Below, one piece after another: positions 49,108-62,657 of a DNA stretch of 64,000 bases. The DNA comes from an uncultured Acidobacteriota bacterium (lineage in GTDB: Bacteria; Acidobacteriota; Terriglobia; UBA7540). The notes under the pieces were generated by a model, which saw nothing but the letters and a program-made list of their open reading frames with translations, was not told the origin of the DNA and made no database searches. The DNA is taken from the NCBI GenBank assembly GCA_963804995.1, contig CAWDSK010000006.1:384001-448000 (forward strand), written 5' to 3'. The position numbers and the translations under genes are program-made. How positions within the stretch are numbered: position 1 is the first letter of the stretch; each line of letters opens with the position of its first letter.

Positions 49108-49605
49108 CTAGATTTCTTCCGGAGCTTTCCCCCGAGTATTGGCAACTTCCTGGATGTCGCGCAACTTCAGCAGGGCGTCCATGGTCGCCTTGACGACGTT
49201 ATGCGGATTGGTCGTTCCCAGAGACTTTGTCAGCACGTTCTGAATGCCGGCGGCTTCCACCACCGCGCGAACCGCGCCACCCGCGATGACACCCGTTCCA
49301 GGAGGTGCAGGCTTCAGCAAAACCCGGCCCGCCCCATAGTGGCCCAGCACCGCGTGGGGAATCGAGACTTGCGAGATGTTCACTTTGACCAGCGACTTCT
49401 TCGCAGAATCGATCCCTTTGCGAATCGCCATGGGGACTTCGCGGGCCTTACCGGAGCCATATCCGACAATTCCGGCGCCATCACCTACCACTACCAGCGC
49501 CGAAAAGCTCAGGTTCTTTCCGCCTTTGACCACTTTGGTGACCCGGTTAATGGAGATCACCTGGTCTTTGAGCTGTAGTGCGTTCGGGTCAATCCGATTG
49601 GCCAA
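49108..49605 (-). CDS. rpsE: 30S ribosomal protein S5
   Basis: [32 protein letters not shown]. Confidence 0.98.
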   Translation of the reverse strand: MANRIDPNALQLKDQVISINRVTKVVKGGKNLSFSALVVVGDGAGIVGYGSGKAREVPMAIRKGIDSAKKSLVKVNISQVSIPHAVLGHYGAGRVLLKPAPPGTGVIAGGAVRAVVEAAGIQNVLTKSLGTTNPHNVVKATMDALLKLRDIQEVANTRGKAPEEI

Positions 49606-49626
49606 ATCTTCCTCCCGCCGTTTCGT

Positions 49627-49995
49627 CTAAAATTTCAGGCCCGCCTCACGAGCTGCATCGGCCAGCGCCTTGATGCGCCCGTGGTAAGCGTAACCGCCCC
49701 GGTCGAACACTACCCTGGAAATCCCTGCCGCCACGGCCCGCTCGGCCAGGACCTTCCCCACCACTTTGGCCGCGGCAACGTTTCCCCCGCTCTTGAGCGT
49801 CTTGCGGACTTCTTTGTCGCGCGTGGATGCCGCCACCAGGGTGTGGCCGCCCGCGTCATCAATGACCTGGGCATAAATGTGTTTGAGCGATCGAAAAACA
49901 TTCAAACGCGGCGATACGGTCTGCGCACTTATCCGGGCGCGGAGGCGTACATGAATCCGCCGGCGTGCCGCGTCTTTAGAAACCATCTGTAACAT
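49627..49995 (-). CDS. rplR: 50S ribosomal protein L18
   Basis: [29 protein letters not shown]. Confidence 0.98.
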   Translation of the reverse strand: MLQMVSKDAARRRIHVRLRARISAQTVSPRLNVFRSLKHIYAQVIDDAGGHTLVAASTRDKEVRKTLKSGGNVAAAKVVGKVLAERAVAAGISRVVFDRGGYAYHGRIKALADAAREAGLKF

Positions 49996-50025
49996 CAGGA
50001 GTTCTCCGCTTTCCTCAAGTTCAGA

Positions 50026-50583
50026 CTATCCCGCTTTGCCTGCACCGCCGGCAGCCGCCGCAGCCTTACCCACCTTCTTCTTCAGGCGCTCGCCGGTGTA
50101 CCGAATTCCTTTGTTCTTGTACGGATCAGGCGGGCGCAAACCGCGAATCTTGGCCGCCACATGCCCCACCAGGTGCTTATCTGCGCCGCTGACGATGAGA
50201 TGGGTCTGCTTTTCCACGCTGATGGCGATCCCCTCCGGAACAGGGAATTCAATGGGATGCGAATAGCCCAGCGTAAATGTCACTGCCTTGCCTTTGGACT
50301 CAGCGCGATAACCGATCCCGACAATATCGAGGTGCCTTTCAAAGCCCTGAGCCACCCCTTGCACGGCGTTGGCCAGCAGGCTCCGTGCGAGGCCGTGCAG
50401 AGCCGCCTGCTCATCGGTCTCGCGCTTCAATACCAGGTGACCGTCCTGCTTCTCGATCTGGATTCCCTGGGGCAGAGGAATCCGCAAAGCTCCCTTGGGC
50501 CCCTTCACCGTGAGCGTCGTTCCCTCCTGCTGCACAGTGACCCCCGACGGCAAATCGATCGGCTTTCTGCCTATTCTCGACAT
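50026..50583 (-). CDS. rplF: 50S ribosomal protein L6
   Basis: [27 protein letters not shown]. Confidence 0.98.
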   Translation of the reverse strand: MSRIGRKPIDLPSGVTVQQEGTTLTVKGPKGALRIPLPQGIQIEKQDGHLVLKRETDEQAALHGLARSLLANAVQGVAQGFERHLDIVGIGYRAESKGKAVTFTLGYSHPIEFPVPEGIAISVEKQTHLIVSGADKHLVGHVAAKIRGLRPPDPYKNKGIRYTGERLKKKVGKAAAAAGGAGKAG

Positions 50584-50675
50584 AGCATCATGTTCCGTCT
50601 GTCAATTCGGCGGCCGAAGATCAAGCCTCCCGTTTTCTTCCCCGGGGTCGCACACCAGACAGCGGCTCGCCCTTC

Positions 50676-51077
50676 TTAAGATACGCTACAGAGCACTTCG
50701 CCGCCCACCCCTGCCTTGCGAGCAGCTTTTCCGGTCATCACCCCGCGCGGCGTGGTCAGGATGCTTACTCCCATTCCCCCCATGATCCGCGGAACTTGCT
50801 TGGCGCCCACATAGACGCGGCGGCCCGGTTTTGAGACACGATCGAGGTTGGTGATAGCGTTCACGCCGTCGGTTCCGTACCTCAAAAAAACCTTCAGGAT
50901 TTTCTTCTTGCCCTCTTCGCCCACCTTGAAGTTGCCGATATAGCCTTCTTCCTTCAAGATGCGCGCCAACTCGATCTTGAGCTTCGAAGAGGGCATATCG
51001 ACACGCGGGTGGCGTGCGTGAATCCCGTTTCGGATACGGGTAAGCATATCGGCAATGGGATCAGTAACGGCTGACAT
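50676..51077 (-). CDS. rpsH: 30S ribosomal protein S8
   Basis: DPIADMLTRIRN, SKPGRRVY, GVGGEVLC. Confidence 0.98.
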   Translation of the reverse strand: MSAVTDPIADMLTRIRNGIHARHPRVDMPSSKLKIELARILKEEGYIGNFKVGEEGKKKILKVFLRYGTDGVNAITNLDRVSKPGRRVYVGAKQVPRIMGGMGVSILTTPRGVMTGKAARKAGVGGEVLCSVS

Positions 51078-51118
51078 AAGACTCCCGTTTTCGCATTGAC
51101 TTAACTTCTCGCCCAGGA

Positions 51119-51304
51119 CTACCAGCTCGACTTAATGACGCCGGGAATTTCCCCGCGCAGCGCGAGTTGCCGGAAGCAAAGGCGGCACATCTTGAACTTG
51201 CCAAGGTAACCACGCGGCCGGCCGCAAATCAGGCAGCGATTCCGGTGCCGAATCTTGAATTTCGGCTTCCTGCGCAATTTGGCCATCATCGAAGTACGTG
51301 CCAC
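51119..51304 (-). CDS. rpsN: 30S ribosomal protein S14, short Zn-binding (type Z) form
   Basis: [11 protein letters not shown]...CRLCFR...GEIPGV. 61 aa. Confidence 0.97.
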   Translation of the reverse strand: MARTSMMAKLRRKPKFKIRHRNRCLICGRPRGYLGKFKMCRLCFRQLALRGEIPGVIKSSW

Positions 51305-51307
51305 GTT

Positions 51308-51904
51308 TTACCCCCCCGCCTTTTCCGCGACCGGTGCGGCGGCCGCCTGGCGACGCTGAGCATCCGACCGGAAAGGCATCCCCAAGTGCCGCAACAACGC
51401 CATGGCTTCAGCGTCCGTCCTGGCATCGGTTACAATCGTGATATTCATGCCCTTGACTCGTTCCACCTTCGCGTAATCAATTTCCGGAAACACCATCTGG
51501 TCCCGCAATCCCAGAGTGTAGTTACCCCGGCCATCGAAGGCCCGCGTGGAGACGCCGCGAAAGTCGCGCACGCGCGGCATAGCCACGCTGGTGAGGCGAT
51601 CGAAGAATTCATACATGCGGTCGCCGCGCAGGGTCACCATAGTGCCGATGGGCATGTTCTTGCGCAGCTTGAAATTGGCGATCGACTTCCGGGCGCGAGT
51701 GATCACCGGCTTTTGCCCGGTGATTTGCCCCAACTCCTGCGCGGCGGAATCGAGAAGCTTGGCGTTCTGTATTGCTTCTCCCAGCCCCATGTTAACGACA
51801 ATCTTCCGCAAGCGCGGGACTGCATTGGTGTTGGTGTAATTAAATTCCTTCACCAAGGCCGGCACGATCTCCTTCTGGTATCGGTCTTTCAATCTGGGAA
51901 GCAT
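51308..51904 (-). CDS. rplE: 50S ribosomal protein L5
   Basis: [28 protein letters not shown]. Confidence 0.98.
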   Translation of the reverse strand: MLPRLKDRYQKEIVPALVKEFNYTNTNAVPRLRKIVVNMGLGEAIQNAKLLDSAAQELGQITGQKPVITRARKSIANFKLRKNMPIGTMVTLRGDRMYEFFDRLTSVAMPRVRDFRGVSTRAFDGRGNYTLGLRDQMVFPEIDYAKVERVKGMNITIVTDARTDAEAMALLRHLGMPFRSDAQRRQAAAAPVAEKAGG

Positions 51905-51928
51905 GTTCTATTTCGTTCCTCCCGGCCC

Positions 51929-52258
51929 TTACTTATCCAGAGACTTTTCGCACTTGGCGCAAATGCGCACTTTCTTGCCACCGGCCATTTCGCGGTGTTG
52001 AATGCGAGTCGGCCCGCACTCACTACAGACCAGAGCTACGTTGGAAACATGAATGGGGCCCTCTTTTTCCAGAATCCCCCCGCGAATCTGCTTGGCAGGA
52101 TTGGGCCGTACGTGACGCTTCACCATGTTGACGTGCTCAACATAGAGCCGGTCCTTACCCGGCTCAACTTCCAGAACTCTTCCCCGAGTCGGCTGGCCCG
52201 CGGGCCCCTTGCTTCGCCCCGCGATTACTTCCACGATATCGTTTTTGTGGATATCCAT
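51929..52258 (-). CDS. rplX: 50S ribosomal protein L24
   Basis: KOW-like start, VNMVKRH, GGILEKEGPIHVSNV. Confidence 0.96.
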   Translation of the reverse strand: MDIHKNDIVEVIAGRSKGPAGQPTRGRVLEVEPGKDRLYVEHVNMVKRHVRPNPAKQIRGGILEKEGPIHVSNVALVCSECGPTRIQHREMAGGKKVRICAKCEKSLDK

Positions 52259-52269
52259 TAAGAATCCCC

Positions 52270-52638
52270 TTACAAAACCTCTGGCGCCAAAGACACGATC
52301 TTCAAGAACTTCTTCTCGCGCAGCTCCCGCGCCACCGGGCCGAAGACTCGCGTGCCCACCGGCTCATTCGTATCATTGATCAGCACGGCCGCGTTTTCGT
52401 CAAACCGTATGTAGCTGCCATCACGCCGCCGTTGCTCTTTGCGCATGCGGACGATGACGCACTTCACAACCTTCCCCTTGGGAATCGCGCTGTCGGGCGC
52501 CGCCTCTTTAACAGCCGCGGTGACGATATCACCGAGCCCCGCCTGCAAGCCCACGTCCCCGCCCACTGGATGAATGCACGAAAGCTTCCGGGCGCCGGAA
52601 TTATCAGCCACTTGGAGAATCGTCCGCATCCCGATCAT
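52270..52638 (-). CDS. rplN: 50S ribosomal protein L14
   Basis: [35 protein letters not shown]. Confidence 0.98.
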   Translation of the reverse strand: MIGMRTILQVADNSGARKLSCIHPVGGDVGLQAGLGDIVTAAVKEAAPDSAIPKGKVVKCVIVRMRKEQRRRDGSYIRFDENAAVLINDTNEPVGTRVFGPVARELREKKFLKIVSLAPEVL

Positions 52639-52955
52639 ACTTCCACCTCCGGCACCGGGGCGACCTGGGCGGCTTTGGCTACAATTTCCACCACCCGCCA
52701 GCGTTTGCGGGCGCTCAGGGGCCGAGTCTCCTGGATTCGTACGGTGTCACCCACCCGGCACTCATTCTTCTCGTCATGGGCGAGGAAGTTCTTCGAGTGT
52801 CGCACCACGCGTTTGTAGAGCCGGTGAATGACCTGCCGATCCACCGTGACCACCACGCTCTTCTGCATCTTGTTGCTGGTCACGACGCCGACCTTTTCCT
52901 GCCGCCGTCCTTGCTTAGCAACCTGCGTCTCTACGCCTGCTGTCTCCGTCACCAT
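52635..52955 (-). CDS. rpsQ: 30S ribosomal protein S17
   Basis: [29 protein letters not shown]. Confidence 0.97.
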   Translation of the reverse strand: MVTETAGVETQVAKQGRRQEKVGVVTSNKMQKSVVVTVDRQVIHRLYKRVVRHSKNFLAHDEKNECRVGDTVRIQETRPLSARKRWRVVEIVAKAAQVAPVPEVEV

Positions 52956-52959
52956 CCAC

Positions 52960-53196
52960 CTACTTGTTCTGCGCCGCGCCCATCTGGCGCTGACGTATTA
53001 GAGTTTTTACCCGGGCAATTCCCTTGCGCAGCTCCCGGACCGCATTCAGATGTTCCGACTGGCCCCCCGCCATCTGGAATTTCAAACGAAAGAGCTGGTC
53101 GGAAAATTCCCGCTCCCGGGTCTTCAGCTCGTCGTCGGTCCACTCCCGCATTTTTTCGGCGGGCCACTTCCATCGCTTGTCTTTCTCCAGCTTCAT
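52960..53196 (-). CDS. rpmC: 50S ribosomal protein L29
   Basis: LFRLKFQ..GQ....[13 protein letters not shown], between rplP and rpsQ. Confidence 0.93.
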   Translation of the reverse strand: MKLEKDKRWKWPAEKMREWTDDELKTREREFSDQLFRLKFQMAGGQSEHLNAVRELRKGIARVKTLIRQRQMGAAQNK

Positions 53197-53216
53197 GAGC
53201 TCCGCTCCAACGTCCG

Positions 53217-53633
53217 CTAAAGTGCCACGGCACGCGACACAAACTGCGTTTCCAAAGGCAACTTGTGACTGGCCAAGCGCAGAGCTTCACGCGCTTCGGT
53301 CTCCGTCACGCCTTCCATCTCAAACAGCACCCGGCCCGGCCGGACCACCGCCACCCAGAACTCCGGCGCGCCCTTGCCTTTTCCCATGCGGGTTTCGGCA
53401 GGCTTCTTGGTCACCGGCTTATCGGGGAAAATTCGGATCCATAGCTTCCCGCCGCGCTTGATGAACCGCATGATCGCCACGCGGCTGGCTTCAATTTGTC
53501 GGTCGGAAATCCAACCTGCCTCCACAACCTTTAAACCGAAATCACCAAAGGAAAGGTCGGAACCCCGCCAGGCTTTTCCACGCATGCGGCCGCGCTGCTG
53601 TTTTCGAAACTTAACTTTGCTCGGCATTAACAT
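53217..53633 (-). CDS. rplP: 50S ribosomal protein L16
   Basis: [26 protein letters not shown]. Confidence 0.98.
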   Translation of the reverse strand: MLMPSKVKFRKQQRGRMRGKAWRGSDLSFGDFGLKVVEAGWISDRQIEASRVAIMRFIKRGGKLWIRIFPDKPVTKKPAETRMGKGKGAPEFWVAVVRPGRVLFEMEGVTETEAREALRLASHKLPLETQFVSRAVAL

Positions 53634-53708
53634 AGCTAGTTCTCAGTTCTCAGTTGGTACAACTCGACAGATCTCTTGCTTGTCTGCACTGACGGCTGAC
53701 GCCTTCTC

Positions 53709-54392
53709 CTACGCCACCGGCGCCACAGCCACCGGCGCCTCAACCTTCTCAACCCGGCGTTTTTGTTCCAGAATCTCGCCGTTGTAAATCCAACACTTCA
53801 CGCCGATCACGCCGTAAGTAGTCATCGCCTCGGCTTGTCCGTAATCAATGTCGGCGCGCAGCGTATGCAGAGGCAGGCGGCCCTGCAAGTACCACTCGGA
53901 GCGCGCAATTTCCGCGCCATTCAAGCGCCCGCCACAACGAATCTTGATTCCCTTACAGCCGAAGCGCAGCGCGGAGTCTACCGACTTGCGCATGGCACGG
54001 CGGAAGGCAACACGTTTCTCCAGCTGCAGGCAAATTGCCTCAGCCACGAGCTGCGCATTCAGTTCCGGCCGGTGCACTTCCTGAATGTTGATGGGTAGCA
54101 CTTCACGGCCCGTGCGCTTCTGAATTTCCTGCCGCAGCCGATCGATCTCCGCGCCCTTGCGGCCAATGATGATGCCCGGCCGCGCGGTGTGGATGGTCAC
54201 CTTCAGCTTGGTCCCTGGACGCTCGACCTCGATAGACGCCACGCCGGCGGCGCGTAGCTGGTCCTTCAAGCGCTTTTTGAGCTTCAAATCTTCGTGAAGA
54301 AGTTCGGCGTACTCCTTCTTCGCAAACCACCGCGACTTCCACGATTTGTTATATCCCAGACGAAACCCGTAAGGATGTACCTTCTGACCCAC
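53709..54392 (-). CDS. rpsC: 30S ribosomal protein S3
   Basis: [36 protein letters not shown]. Confidence 0.98.
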   Translation of the reverse strand: MGQKVHPYGFRLGYNKSWKSRWFAKKEYAELLHEDLKLKKRLKDQLRAAGVASIEVERPGTKLKVTIHTARPGIIIGRKGAEIDRLRQEIQKRTGREVLPINIQEVHRPELNAQLVAEAICLQLEKRVAFRRAMRKSVDSALRFGCKGIKIRCGGRLNGAEIARSEWYLQGRLPLHTLRADIDYGQAEAMTTYGVIGVKCWIYNGEILEQKRRVEKVEAPVAVAPVA

Positions 54393-54462
54393 CCTAAGCC
54401 TCCTCGATCTTACCGGACTCGCGGCGCTTTCGCTCTAACGGGCAGCAGCGCGCGATGCACGA

Positions 54463-54804
54463 TTAATCCCCGGGAGCCGCAACCACCACAGTGATCAGGC
54501 TTGTCCGGCGCTGGTAGCGATAGGCTCGACCCATGGGCGCCGGCCGAATGCGCTTTTGCCGCGGACCATCGTTGACGTAGATTCTGGAAACCACCAACTC
54601 GTCCACGTCAAGGTGCTCCGCCTTCTCCTCAGCGTTCGACACGGCCGACCGCAGGACCTTCTCGACATCGCGTGTGACTCGCTTCTTGGTGAAGTTCAGA
54701 ATATTGAGCGCTTCACTGACACGCTTGCCGCGGATCAGGTCCACGACCAGCCGCGCCTTCTGTGGCGAAACTCGAACGTATTTGAAAGTGGCACTAGCTT
54801 CCAT
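54463..54804 (-). CDS. rplV: 50S ribosomal protein L22
   Basis: RVSPQKARLVVDLIRG, SAVSNAE, GRAY. Confidence 0.97.
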   Translation of the reverse strand: MEASATFKYVRVSPQKARLVVDLIRGKRVSEALNILNFTKKRVTRDVEKVLRSAVSNAEEKAEHLDVDELVVSRIYVNDGPRQKRIRPAPMGRAYRYQRRTSLITVVVAAPGD

Positions 54805-54839
54805 CGATTCACCTGAACTGCCCAGTCATGGGCGCAAAT

Positions 54840-55199
54840 CTAGCTGGCGCCCCCCGCAGCCGCGGGAGGAGCCCCGGCAGTTTTTGGCCCACCGGAAACC
54901 GGCGGGGGGGCCGCCGCCGCGGCAGCCCTTTCAGCCGCGACCTTCACCCCGTGCCCCTTGAACGTGCGTGTGGGCGAAAACTCTCCCAGCTTATGTCCCA
55001 CCATATTCTCCGTGATGTACACAGGGATGAATTTCTTACCATTGTGAACGGCCACCGTGTGCCCCACCATCTCAGGCACAATCGTGGAGCGCCGCGACCA
55101 GGTCTTCACCACTTTCTTCTCGAAGCGGCGATTGAGCAGCTCGATCTTCTTCATCAAGTGATCGTCCACGAACGGACCCTTTTTCAGCGACCTTCCCAA
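54840..55199 (-). CDS. rpsS: 30S ribosomal protein S19 (Ala/Pro-rich tail)
   Basis: [28 protein letters not shown]. Confidence 0.98.
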   Translation of the reverse strand: MGRSLKKGPFVDDHLMKKIELLNRRFEKKVVKTWSRRSTIVPEMVGHTVAVHNGKKFIPVYITENMVGHKLGEFSPTRTFKGHGVKVAAERAAAAAAPPPVSGGPKTAGAPPAAAGGAS

Positions 55200-55211
55200 G
55201 GTGCCCTCCCT

Positions 55212-56039
55212 TTATTTCTTCTCACGCCGCTTGACAATGAAACGGTCCGTAGACTTGTTGTTACGCGTTTTGTAACCGCGCGTCGGCTGGCCCCAGGGCG
55301 TCACGGGATGCCGGCCTCCCGAGGTCTTGCCTTCACCGCCGCCCAGCGGATGGTCTACAGGATTCATGGCCACACCCCGCACCGTTGGCCGGATCCCCAT
55401 CCAGCGCTTGCGGCCCGCTTTGCCAATGGAAAGGTTCTCGTGGTCCAGATTCCCGAGTTGTCCGATGGTGGCGGTGCACTCGATGAAAACCTTGCGTACT
55501 TCTCCTGAAGGCAGCCGCACCTGCGCGTACTCTCCCTCTTTGGCCAGCAACTGCGCGGCACCTCCGGCGCTTCGAACCAACTGGCCGCCCTTGCCGGGAC
55601 GCAACTCGATATTGTGAATCATGGTGCCGACGGGAATATTCTTCAAAGGAAGCGCATTGCCGTTCACGATGTCCGCATCCGGACCGGACACCACGCGGTC
55701 CCCCACCTTCAAGCCCACGGGGTAAAGAATGTAACGCTTGTCGCCATCGGCGTAGTGCAGCAAAGCGATAAAGGCGGAGCGATTCGGGTCATATTCTACG
55801 GTCGCCACGCGCGCGGGGACACCCACTTTGTCGCGCCTGAAGTCAATCACCCGGTAGTGGCGCTTGTGACCGCCGCCCCGGCGCCAGATGGTAATTTCCC
55901 CTTGGTTATTCCGCCCCGAAATTCGGGTCTTCGGTTCCAAGAGCGGCCGATGAGGCTCCGAGGTGGTGATTTCCTCAAACGTCAGGCTGGTCTGGAACCG
56001 CCGGGTTTCGGTATAGGGTCGGTATGTTTTGATTCCCAT
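55212..56039 (-). CDS. rplB: 50S ribosomal protein L2
   Basis: [31 protein letters not shown]. Confidence 0.98.
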   Translation of the reverse strand: MGIKTYRPYTETRRFQTSLTFEEITTSEPHRPLLEPKTRISGRNNQGEITIWRRGGGHKRHYRVIDFRRDKVGVPARVATVEYDPNRSAFIALLHYADGDKRYILYPVGLKVGDRVVSGPDADIVNGNALPLKNIPVGTMIHNIELRPGKGGQLVRSAGGAAQLLAKEGEYAQVRLPSGEVRKVFIECTATIGQLGNLDHENLSIGKAGRKRWMGIRPTVRGVAMNPVDHPLGGGEGKTSGGRHPVTPWGQPTRGYKTRNNKSTDRFIVKRREKK

Positions 56040-56085
56040 AACCTTCATCTTTCGCGGCACGCGCCGCTCGACTCGTCAAACTCTC

Positions 56086-56382
56086 TTAAGCACTTTCCAC
56101 GTATTCCGGAACCTTTTCCCCGGCCCGGAGTTTCACATAGGCCTTCTTCCAATCCGGCCGCTTGCCGACCATGCGGCCGCGCCGCCGCTCCTTGCCGACA
56201 TAACTCGAGGTATGTACCGACTCCACTTTGACCTTGAAGACCGTCTGCACAGCTTCTTTAATCTCCGTCTTGGTGGCGTGCGGATCAACCTGGAAGCACA
56301 AAGTCCGGTAGCGTTCCTTCACGGCATAGCTCTTCTCCGTAACCACCGGTTTCCGCAAAATCTGATAAGGGCTCTTGTTCAT
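56086..56382 (-). CDS. rplW: 50S ribosomal protein L23
   Basis: PVVTEKS, ATKTEIK, WKKAYVKL. Confidence 0.97.
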   Translation of the reverse strand: MNKSPYQILRKPVVTEKSYAVKERYRTLCFQVDPHATKTEIKEAVQTVFKVKVESVHTSSYVGKERRRGRMVGKRPDWKKAYVKLRAGEKVPEYVESA

Positions 56383-57002
56383 CCCAGCGCCTCCTGGAGT
56401 CGCGCCAGCGCCCCTTCGGAAATCACAAGCTGGTCGTGGCTGAGCACATGGTAAGGATGAAGTTCGTGGTGCCGCACCACGTCACACCCCTCAACATTCC
56501 GGGAAGAGAGTTCCAGGTTCCGGTTGGCCGCGTCGTTCACCACCAGGATCGTCTTCTCCACACCTAACTTATGTAAAGCCCCGGAGAACACTTTCGTTTT
56601 GGCCTCACCGAGATTGAACTGATCCACCACGGTTAGCTTGTGCTCCTGGAATTTCGCGGCCAAGGCCGCACGTAGAGCCCCACGAAGCATCTTTTTGGGG
56701 AGTTCGTAGGAGTAGTCACGCGGCTGGGGACCATGCGCGATGGAGCCATGCCGCCAGAGGGAACTGCGAATGCTGCCCACCCGGGCCCGCCCCGTTCCCT
56801 TCTGCCGCCAAGGCTTCTTGCCGCCCCCGCTCACTTCACCGCGGCTCTTCGTTTTGTGAGTACCGCGGCGCTGGCTGGCAAGAAACTGCTTGACCGCTTC
56901 CCACAGCAAACTCTGATTGGGCTTCGCGCCGAAGACTGCATCGGCCACCTGAAGCTCTTTCACCGTCTGCCCTTCCAGATTTTTGACCTCAACCGTCGCC
57001 AT
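56379..57002 (-). CDS. rplD: 50S ribosomal protein L4
   Basis: GTHKTKSRGEVSGGGKKPWRQKGTGRAR. Confidence 0.98.
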   Translation of the reverse strand: MATVEVKNLEGQTVKELQVADAVFGAKPNQSLLWEAVKQFLASQRRGTHKTKSRGEVSGGGKKPWRQKGTGRARVGSIRSSLWRHGSIAHGPQPRDYSYELPKKMLRGALRAALAAKFQEHKLTVVDQFNLGEAKTKVFSGALHKLGVEKTILVVNDAANRNLELSSRNVEGCDVVRHHELHPYHVLSHDQLVISEGALARLQEALG

Positions 57003-57064
57003 GTTCGTCCTTCTGCCTATCCCCGACTCTGTCGGGACGCGCACTGAGCGCTCGCTGCCTACTG

Positions 57065-57706
57065 TCACTTATGTGGCGCCTTCGCCTTGTGAACGATCAC
57101 GTAGCTGCCCTGGGGACCCGGGACGGCTCCCTCCACCAGCAGCGTGTTGTCCTCAGCCAGAACCTGCACGACGCGCAAATTCCGCACCGTGACTCGGACA
57201 TTGCCCATGTGGCCGGCGGCGCGCATACCCTTTGTGACCCGGGAAGGCCACGCCGAGGCACCAATCGAACCGGGGGCGCGATGAAACATGGAGCCGTGCG
57301 CTCCCCCGCCGCCACCAAAGTGGTGCCGCTTGTGAACCCCCGCAAAGCCTCGTCCTTTCGAAACGCCCGTCACATCCACGACATCATTGATCGCGAATAC
57401 ATCAACCAGAACTTTATCGCCGACGTTCACATCCCCTGTACCCTCTCCCAATCGTACTTCGCGGAGGAAACGCACGGGGTTGGCCCCGGCCTTTTTGAAG
57501 TGGCCTTCCATGGGCTTCGTCAGACGCCGGGGAAGGGGCACTTCCACCAGGCCGAGTTGGGCGGCTTCGTATCCATCCTTTTGCGCTGTTTTGCGCTGCA
57601 TCACCACACAAGGGCCCGCTTTCAGCACCGTGACCGGGATCGCGTCTCCGTTTTCCGCGAAGACTTGCGTCATGCCCAACTTCTTACCCAAAATGGCGTT
57701 CACCAT
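57065..57706 (-). CDS. rplC: 50S ribosomal protein L3
   Basis: [31 protein letters not shown]. Confidence 0.98.
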   Translation of the reverse strand: MVNAILGKKLGMTQVFAENGDAIPVTVLKAGPCVVMQRKTAQKDGYEAAQLGLVEVPLPRRLTKPMEGHFKKAGANPVRFLREVRLGEGTGDVNVGDKVLVDVFAINDVVDVTGVSKGRGFAGVHKRHHFGGGGGAHGSMFHRAPGSIGASAWPSRVTKGMRAAGHMGNVRVTVRNLRVVQVLAEDNTLLVEGAVPGPQGSYVIVHKAKAPHK

Positions 57707-57775
57707 AATTGTCTCTCGCCCATCGCAGTTCAGCGTTTGCCCGGCACAGACGGCGCTCCGGAAGGTGCCGCACGC

Positions 57776-58105
57776 CTATTTCGCGTGCTCTTTGCCGAAC
57801 GCCTTGATCTCGATGTCCACTCCCGAAGGCAAATCGAGCTTGGTCAGGGCCTCGATGGTCCCCGAAGTCGGCTCCAGAATATCCACCAGCCGCTTGTGCG
57901 TGCGGATTTCGAATTGCTCGCGCGATTTCTTGTCCGTATGCGGCGAGCGCAGCACGCAATACTTATTCTTGATAGTGGGCAAGGGAATTGGCCCCGCCAC
58001 CTGTGCCCCCGTGCGCTTCGCCGTCGAAACGATTTCCGCCGCCGACTGGTCGAGAATCCGGTGATCGTATGCCTTGAGTCGAATTCTAATTTTCTGATGC
58101 AGCAT
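57776..58105 (-). CDS. rpsJ: 30S ribosomal protein S10
   Basis: [28 protein letters not shown]. Confidence 0.98.
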   Translation of the reverse strand: MLHQKIRIRLKAYDHRILDQSAAEIVSTAKRTGAQVAGPIPLPTIKNKYCVLRSPHTDKKSREQFEIRTHKRLVDILEPTSGTIEALTKLDLPSGVDIEIKAFGKEHAK

Positions 58106-58183
58106 CGTTATTTCAGTCCTTAGGTTTAAACCATCCGCCTTCAGCCCAGCCGTCTTGCTAACCGCTACTGCTCACTGACCGCA

Positions 58184-59374
<1,191 letters not shown>

Positions 59375-59429
59375 AGATCAGTTCCTCGCCCCTCAGAGAT
59401 TCAACCTGCCAAGCAAAATCCAAGACTTG

Positions 59430-61586
59430 TTACTGTCCCACCGTACGCCCTTGCACGCGGGCGATGACTTCTTCCGAAACTGCCGCCGGCGCCTGCTCGT
59501 ACCGCAGGAAATGCATGGTGTACGAGGCGCGCCCCTGCGTGCGGGAGCGCAAATCGGTGGCATATCCAAACATCTGGGCAAGCGGCACTTTGGAGCGGAT
59601 GATCTGCGTCGACCCGCGCTTCTCCATGCCTTCAATGTGCCCACGGCGCGAACTCAGGTCTCCCAAAACGTCACCCATAAATTCATCGGGGACCACGACC
59701 TCAACCTTCATCACCGGCTCCAGCAGCACCGGCTTGGACCTGCGTACCGCTTCCTTGAAACCCAGCGAGCCCGCTATTTTAAAAGCGATTTCCGAGGAGT
59801 CAACCTCATGGTACGACCCATCGGTGAGTGCCACGGAGACGCCGTTCATTTCGTAGCCGGCCAGTACTCCGGTCTCCATCGCCTCCCGAATGCCCTGATA
59901 GGTTGGACCGATGTATTCCCTCGGAACGACGCCGCTCACGATCTCATCGCGGAAGAGGAGGTTCAGCTCCGGATCGAATTTGTTGGTGGATTTCTTCCGG
60001 GTAAGCTCTTCGATGGTGGTCAGGTCCGGATGCGGCATGGGTTCGACGCGCAGGAACACGTGACCGTACTGGCCGCGCCCACCCGTCTGTCGAACGTATT
60101 TGCCTTCGCCTTCCGCACTGCCCAGGATGGTTTCGCGATACGCCACTTGCGGGCGGCCGACATTGGCGGCGACATTAAACTCGCGCACCATGCGATCCAC
60201 TAGAATCTCAAGGTGCAACTCACCCATGCCGGAGATCAGCGTTTGACCTGTATCGGGGTCGGTATGAACCTTGAACGTCGGGTCTTCCTGAGTGAGCTTG
60301 CCAAGGGCGTTGCCCAGTTTCTCCTGGTCAGCCTTCGTCTTGGGCTCGATGGCCACGGAAATAACCGGTGCGGGGAAGTCCATGGCTTCGAGCACAATCG
60401 GATGGTCCTCGTCGCAAACTGTGTCGCCGGTGGAGACGTTCTTCAGGCCCACTGCCGCCGCGATGTCACCCGCGTAAACATCGGAGATTTCTTCACGCTT
60501 GTTGGCGTGCATTTGCAGCAGGCGGGAAACGCGCTCACGACGACCGCGGCGGGGATTATATACCGTGTCACCTTGCTGGAGTTTTCCGGAATAGACGCGC
60601 AGGAAGGCGAGTTGACCGACGAAGGGGTCGGTCATAATCTTGAAAATGAGGCCGGCGAATGGTTCTTCGTCGTTGGCCATGCGCGTCAGCGTCTTCTCTT
60701 CGTTATCGGGATCCAATCCTTCAATCGGCGGGACATCCAAGGGGGAAGGCAGGTAATCCACCACGGCATCAAGCAGGGGCTGCACGCCCTTGTTCTTAAA
60801 GGCCGCTCCGCAAACCACTGGAAACACCTTCATGGCGATGGTGGCCCGGCGAATGGCGGCGCGCAGATCCTCGGGCGATATGGTTTCGCCATGGACATAC
60901 TTTTCCATGATGGCGTCATCCGACTCGCCGAGCGTTTCAATCAACTGCTCGCGATAGCGCCGCGCCTTTTCGGCAATTTCAGCAGGGATATCCAGATCAT
61001 CAAATCCCGCTCCCAGGGTCTCTTCTTTCCAAACGATGGCGCGCTCGCGAACCAGATCGACGATGCCATCGAAGTGGTCTTGCGCCCCCAGGGGAAGCTG
61101 GATGATAAGGGGGTTCGCGTGCAGCTTGGAACGCATCTGGCTGACGCAGGTCTCAAAATCCGCGCCCGTGCGGTCCATCTTGTTGACGAAAACGATGCGG
61201 GGCACACGGTACTTGTCGGCCTGGCGCCAGACGGCTTCGGTTTGCGGTTCTACGCCCTCGACCGCTCCCAAAATGGCAATCGCTCCGTCAAGCACCCGGA
61301 GCGACCTTTCCACTTCCGCCGTAAAGTCCACGTGTCCCGGCGTATCGATGATGTTAATTCGAATGTCATTCCAGAAACACGTGGTCGCTGCCGAGGTGAT
61401 GGTAATGCCGCGTTCCTGCTCCTGCTCCATCCAATCCATGACGGCGGTGCCTTCGTGCACCTCACCCATCTTGTGCGTCCGTCCCGTGTAGTAAAGGACC
61501 CGCTCCGTCGTGGTGGTCTTACCGGCATCGATGTGGGCCATGATGCCGATATTCCGATATTTCTCGAGCTGTACTTCGCGCGGCAT
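59430..61586 (-). CDS. fusA: Elongation factor G
   Basis: [42 protein letters not shown]. Confidence 0.99.
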   Translation of the reverse strand: MPREVQLEKYRNIGIMAHIDAGKTTTTERVLYYTGRTHKMGEVHEGTAVMDWMEQEQERGITITSAATTCFWNDIRINIIDTPGHVDFTAEVERSLRVLDGAIAILGAVEGVEPQTEAVWRQADKYRVPRIVFVNKMDRTGADFETCVSQMRSKLHANPLIIQLPLGAQDHFDGIVDLVRERAIVWKEETLGAGFDDLDIPAEIAEKARRYREQLIETLGESDDAIMEKYVHGETISPEDLRAAIRRATIAMKVFPVVCGAAFKNKGVQPLLDAVVDYLPSPLDVPPIEGLDPDNEEKTLTRMANDEEPFAGLIFKIMTDPFVGQLAFLRVYSGKLQQGDTVYNPRRGRRERVSRLLQMHANKREEISDVYAGDIAAAVGLKNVSTGDTVCDEDHPIVLEAMDFPAPVISVAIEPKTKADQEKLGNALGKLTQEDPTFKVHTDPDTGQTLISGMGELHLEILVDRMVREFNVAANVGRPQVAYRETILGSAEGEGKYVRQTGGRGQYGHVFLRVEPMPHPDLTTIEELTRKKSTNKFDPELNLLFRDEIVSGVVPREYIGPTYQGIREAMETGVLAGYEMNGVSVALTDGSYHEVDSSEIAFKIAGSLGFKEAVRRSKPVLLEPVMKVEVVVPDEFMGDVLGDLSSRRGHIEGMEKRGSTQIIRSKVPLAQMFGYATDLRSRTQGRASYTMHFLRYEQAPAAVSEEVIARVQGRTVGQ

Positions 61587-61755
61587 AACTCCTCAAACGA
61601 AAACAACACCAGCCCCGATCTCAATCCCAAGGATCAAGATCCGGAACCCCCGCATTCAGTTGGCCACAGTGCCGCCGAGGGCGGCTGCAAAACGGATCGT
61701 GGGCCGGGGAGGCGCCACATCCCGCCTTGCTCGAGGTTATCCCGCTTAAACGGGA

Positions 61756-62226
61756 TTACCAGCGGTAATGGGCAAAAGCCTTGTTGGCTTCGGCCATGCG
61801 GTGAGTATCGTCACGCTTCTTGATGGCGCCGCCGCGATTGTTAGCTGCATCGAGCAGCTCCGCGGCCAGCTTCTCCACCATGGACTTCTCACCTCGCTCA
61901 CGCGCATAACCGATAATCCAGCGGAGACTTAAGGAGGTCTGACGATTCCGATTCACTTCCACCGGCACCTGATAGTTCGCCCCCCCAACTCTTCGCGTCT
62001 TTACTTCCAGGGCCGGCTTGACGTTATCAACCGCCTTCTTGAAGACCTTTAGCGGATCATCATTGGCCCGCTGCTTGATCATCTCAAAGGCGTCGTAGAC
62101 GATATTCTGGGCTACGCTCTTCTTGCCTTCAAACATGACGCAATTCACGAGCTTCTGCACCAGAGCATTGGCGTACACCGGATCGGGACCGACTTCTCGA
62201 CGCTCTACCGTACCTTTACGTGGCAT
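61756..62226 (-). CDS. rpsG: 30S ribosomal protein S7
   Basis: [26 protein letters not shown]. Confidence 0.99.
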   Translation of the reverse strand: MPRKGTVERREVGPDPVYANALVQKLVNCVMFEGKKSVAQNIVYDAFEMIKQRANDDPLKVFKKAVDNVKPALEVKTRRVGGANYQVPVEVNRNRQTSLSLRWIIGYARERGEKSMVEKLAAELLDAANNRGGAIKKRDDTHRMAEANKAFAHYRW

Positions 62227-62279
62227 AGAATATTCAAAACTTTTCCGGGGAAGAGTCTCCGCTCTTCTTCCCTCTTAGG

Positions 62280-62657
62280 CTAAGCAGCCTTGGGCCGCTT
62301 AGCTCCATACTTCGATCGCGCCTGTCGGCGATCCGTAACACCGGCGGAATCCAGTGTGCCCCGAATCACGTGGTAGCGAACTCCGGGGAGATCCTTAACG
62401 CGGCCGCCCCGGATCAGCACAATGGAGTGCTCCTGTAAATTGTGACCAACACCGGGAATGTACGTAGTCACTTCCATGCTGTTGGTCAGCCGCACGCGGG
62501 CAACCTTACGCAGCGCGGAGTTCGGTTTCTTGGGCGTCTGCGTATAAACGCGGATACACACCCCGCGCTTTTGGGGACAACTCTCTAAGGCCGGGCTCGA
62601 TGTCTTATAGCGCGGCGGCTTACGACCAAGACGAACCATCTGACTAAACGTGGGCAT
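62280..62657 (-). CDS. rpsL: 30S ribosomal protein S12
   Basis: [29 protein letters not shown]. Confidence 0.99.
   Translation of the reverse strand: MPTFSQMVRLGRKPPRYKTSSPALESCPQKRGVCIRVYTQTPKKPNSALRKVARVRLTNSMEVTTYIPGVGHNLQEHSIVLIRGGRVKDLPGVRYHVIRGTLDSAGVTDRRQARSKYGAKRPKAA

Noticed and set aside
52949..53290. 113-aa ORF overlapping rplP and rpmC
   Set aside because: Alternative frame. The L29 signature is in 52960-53196.
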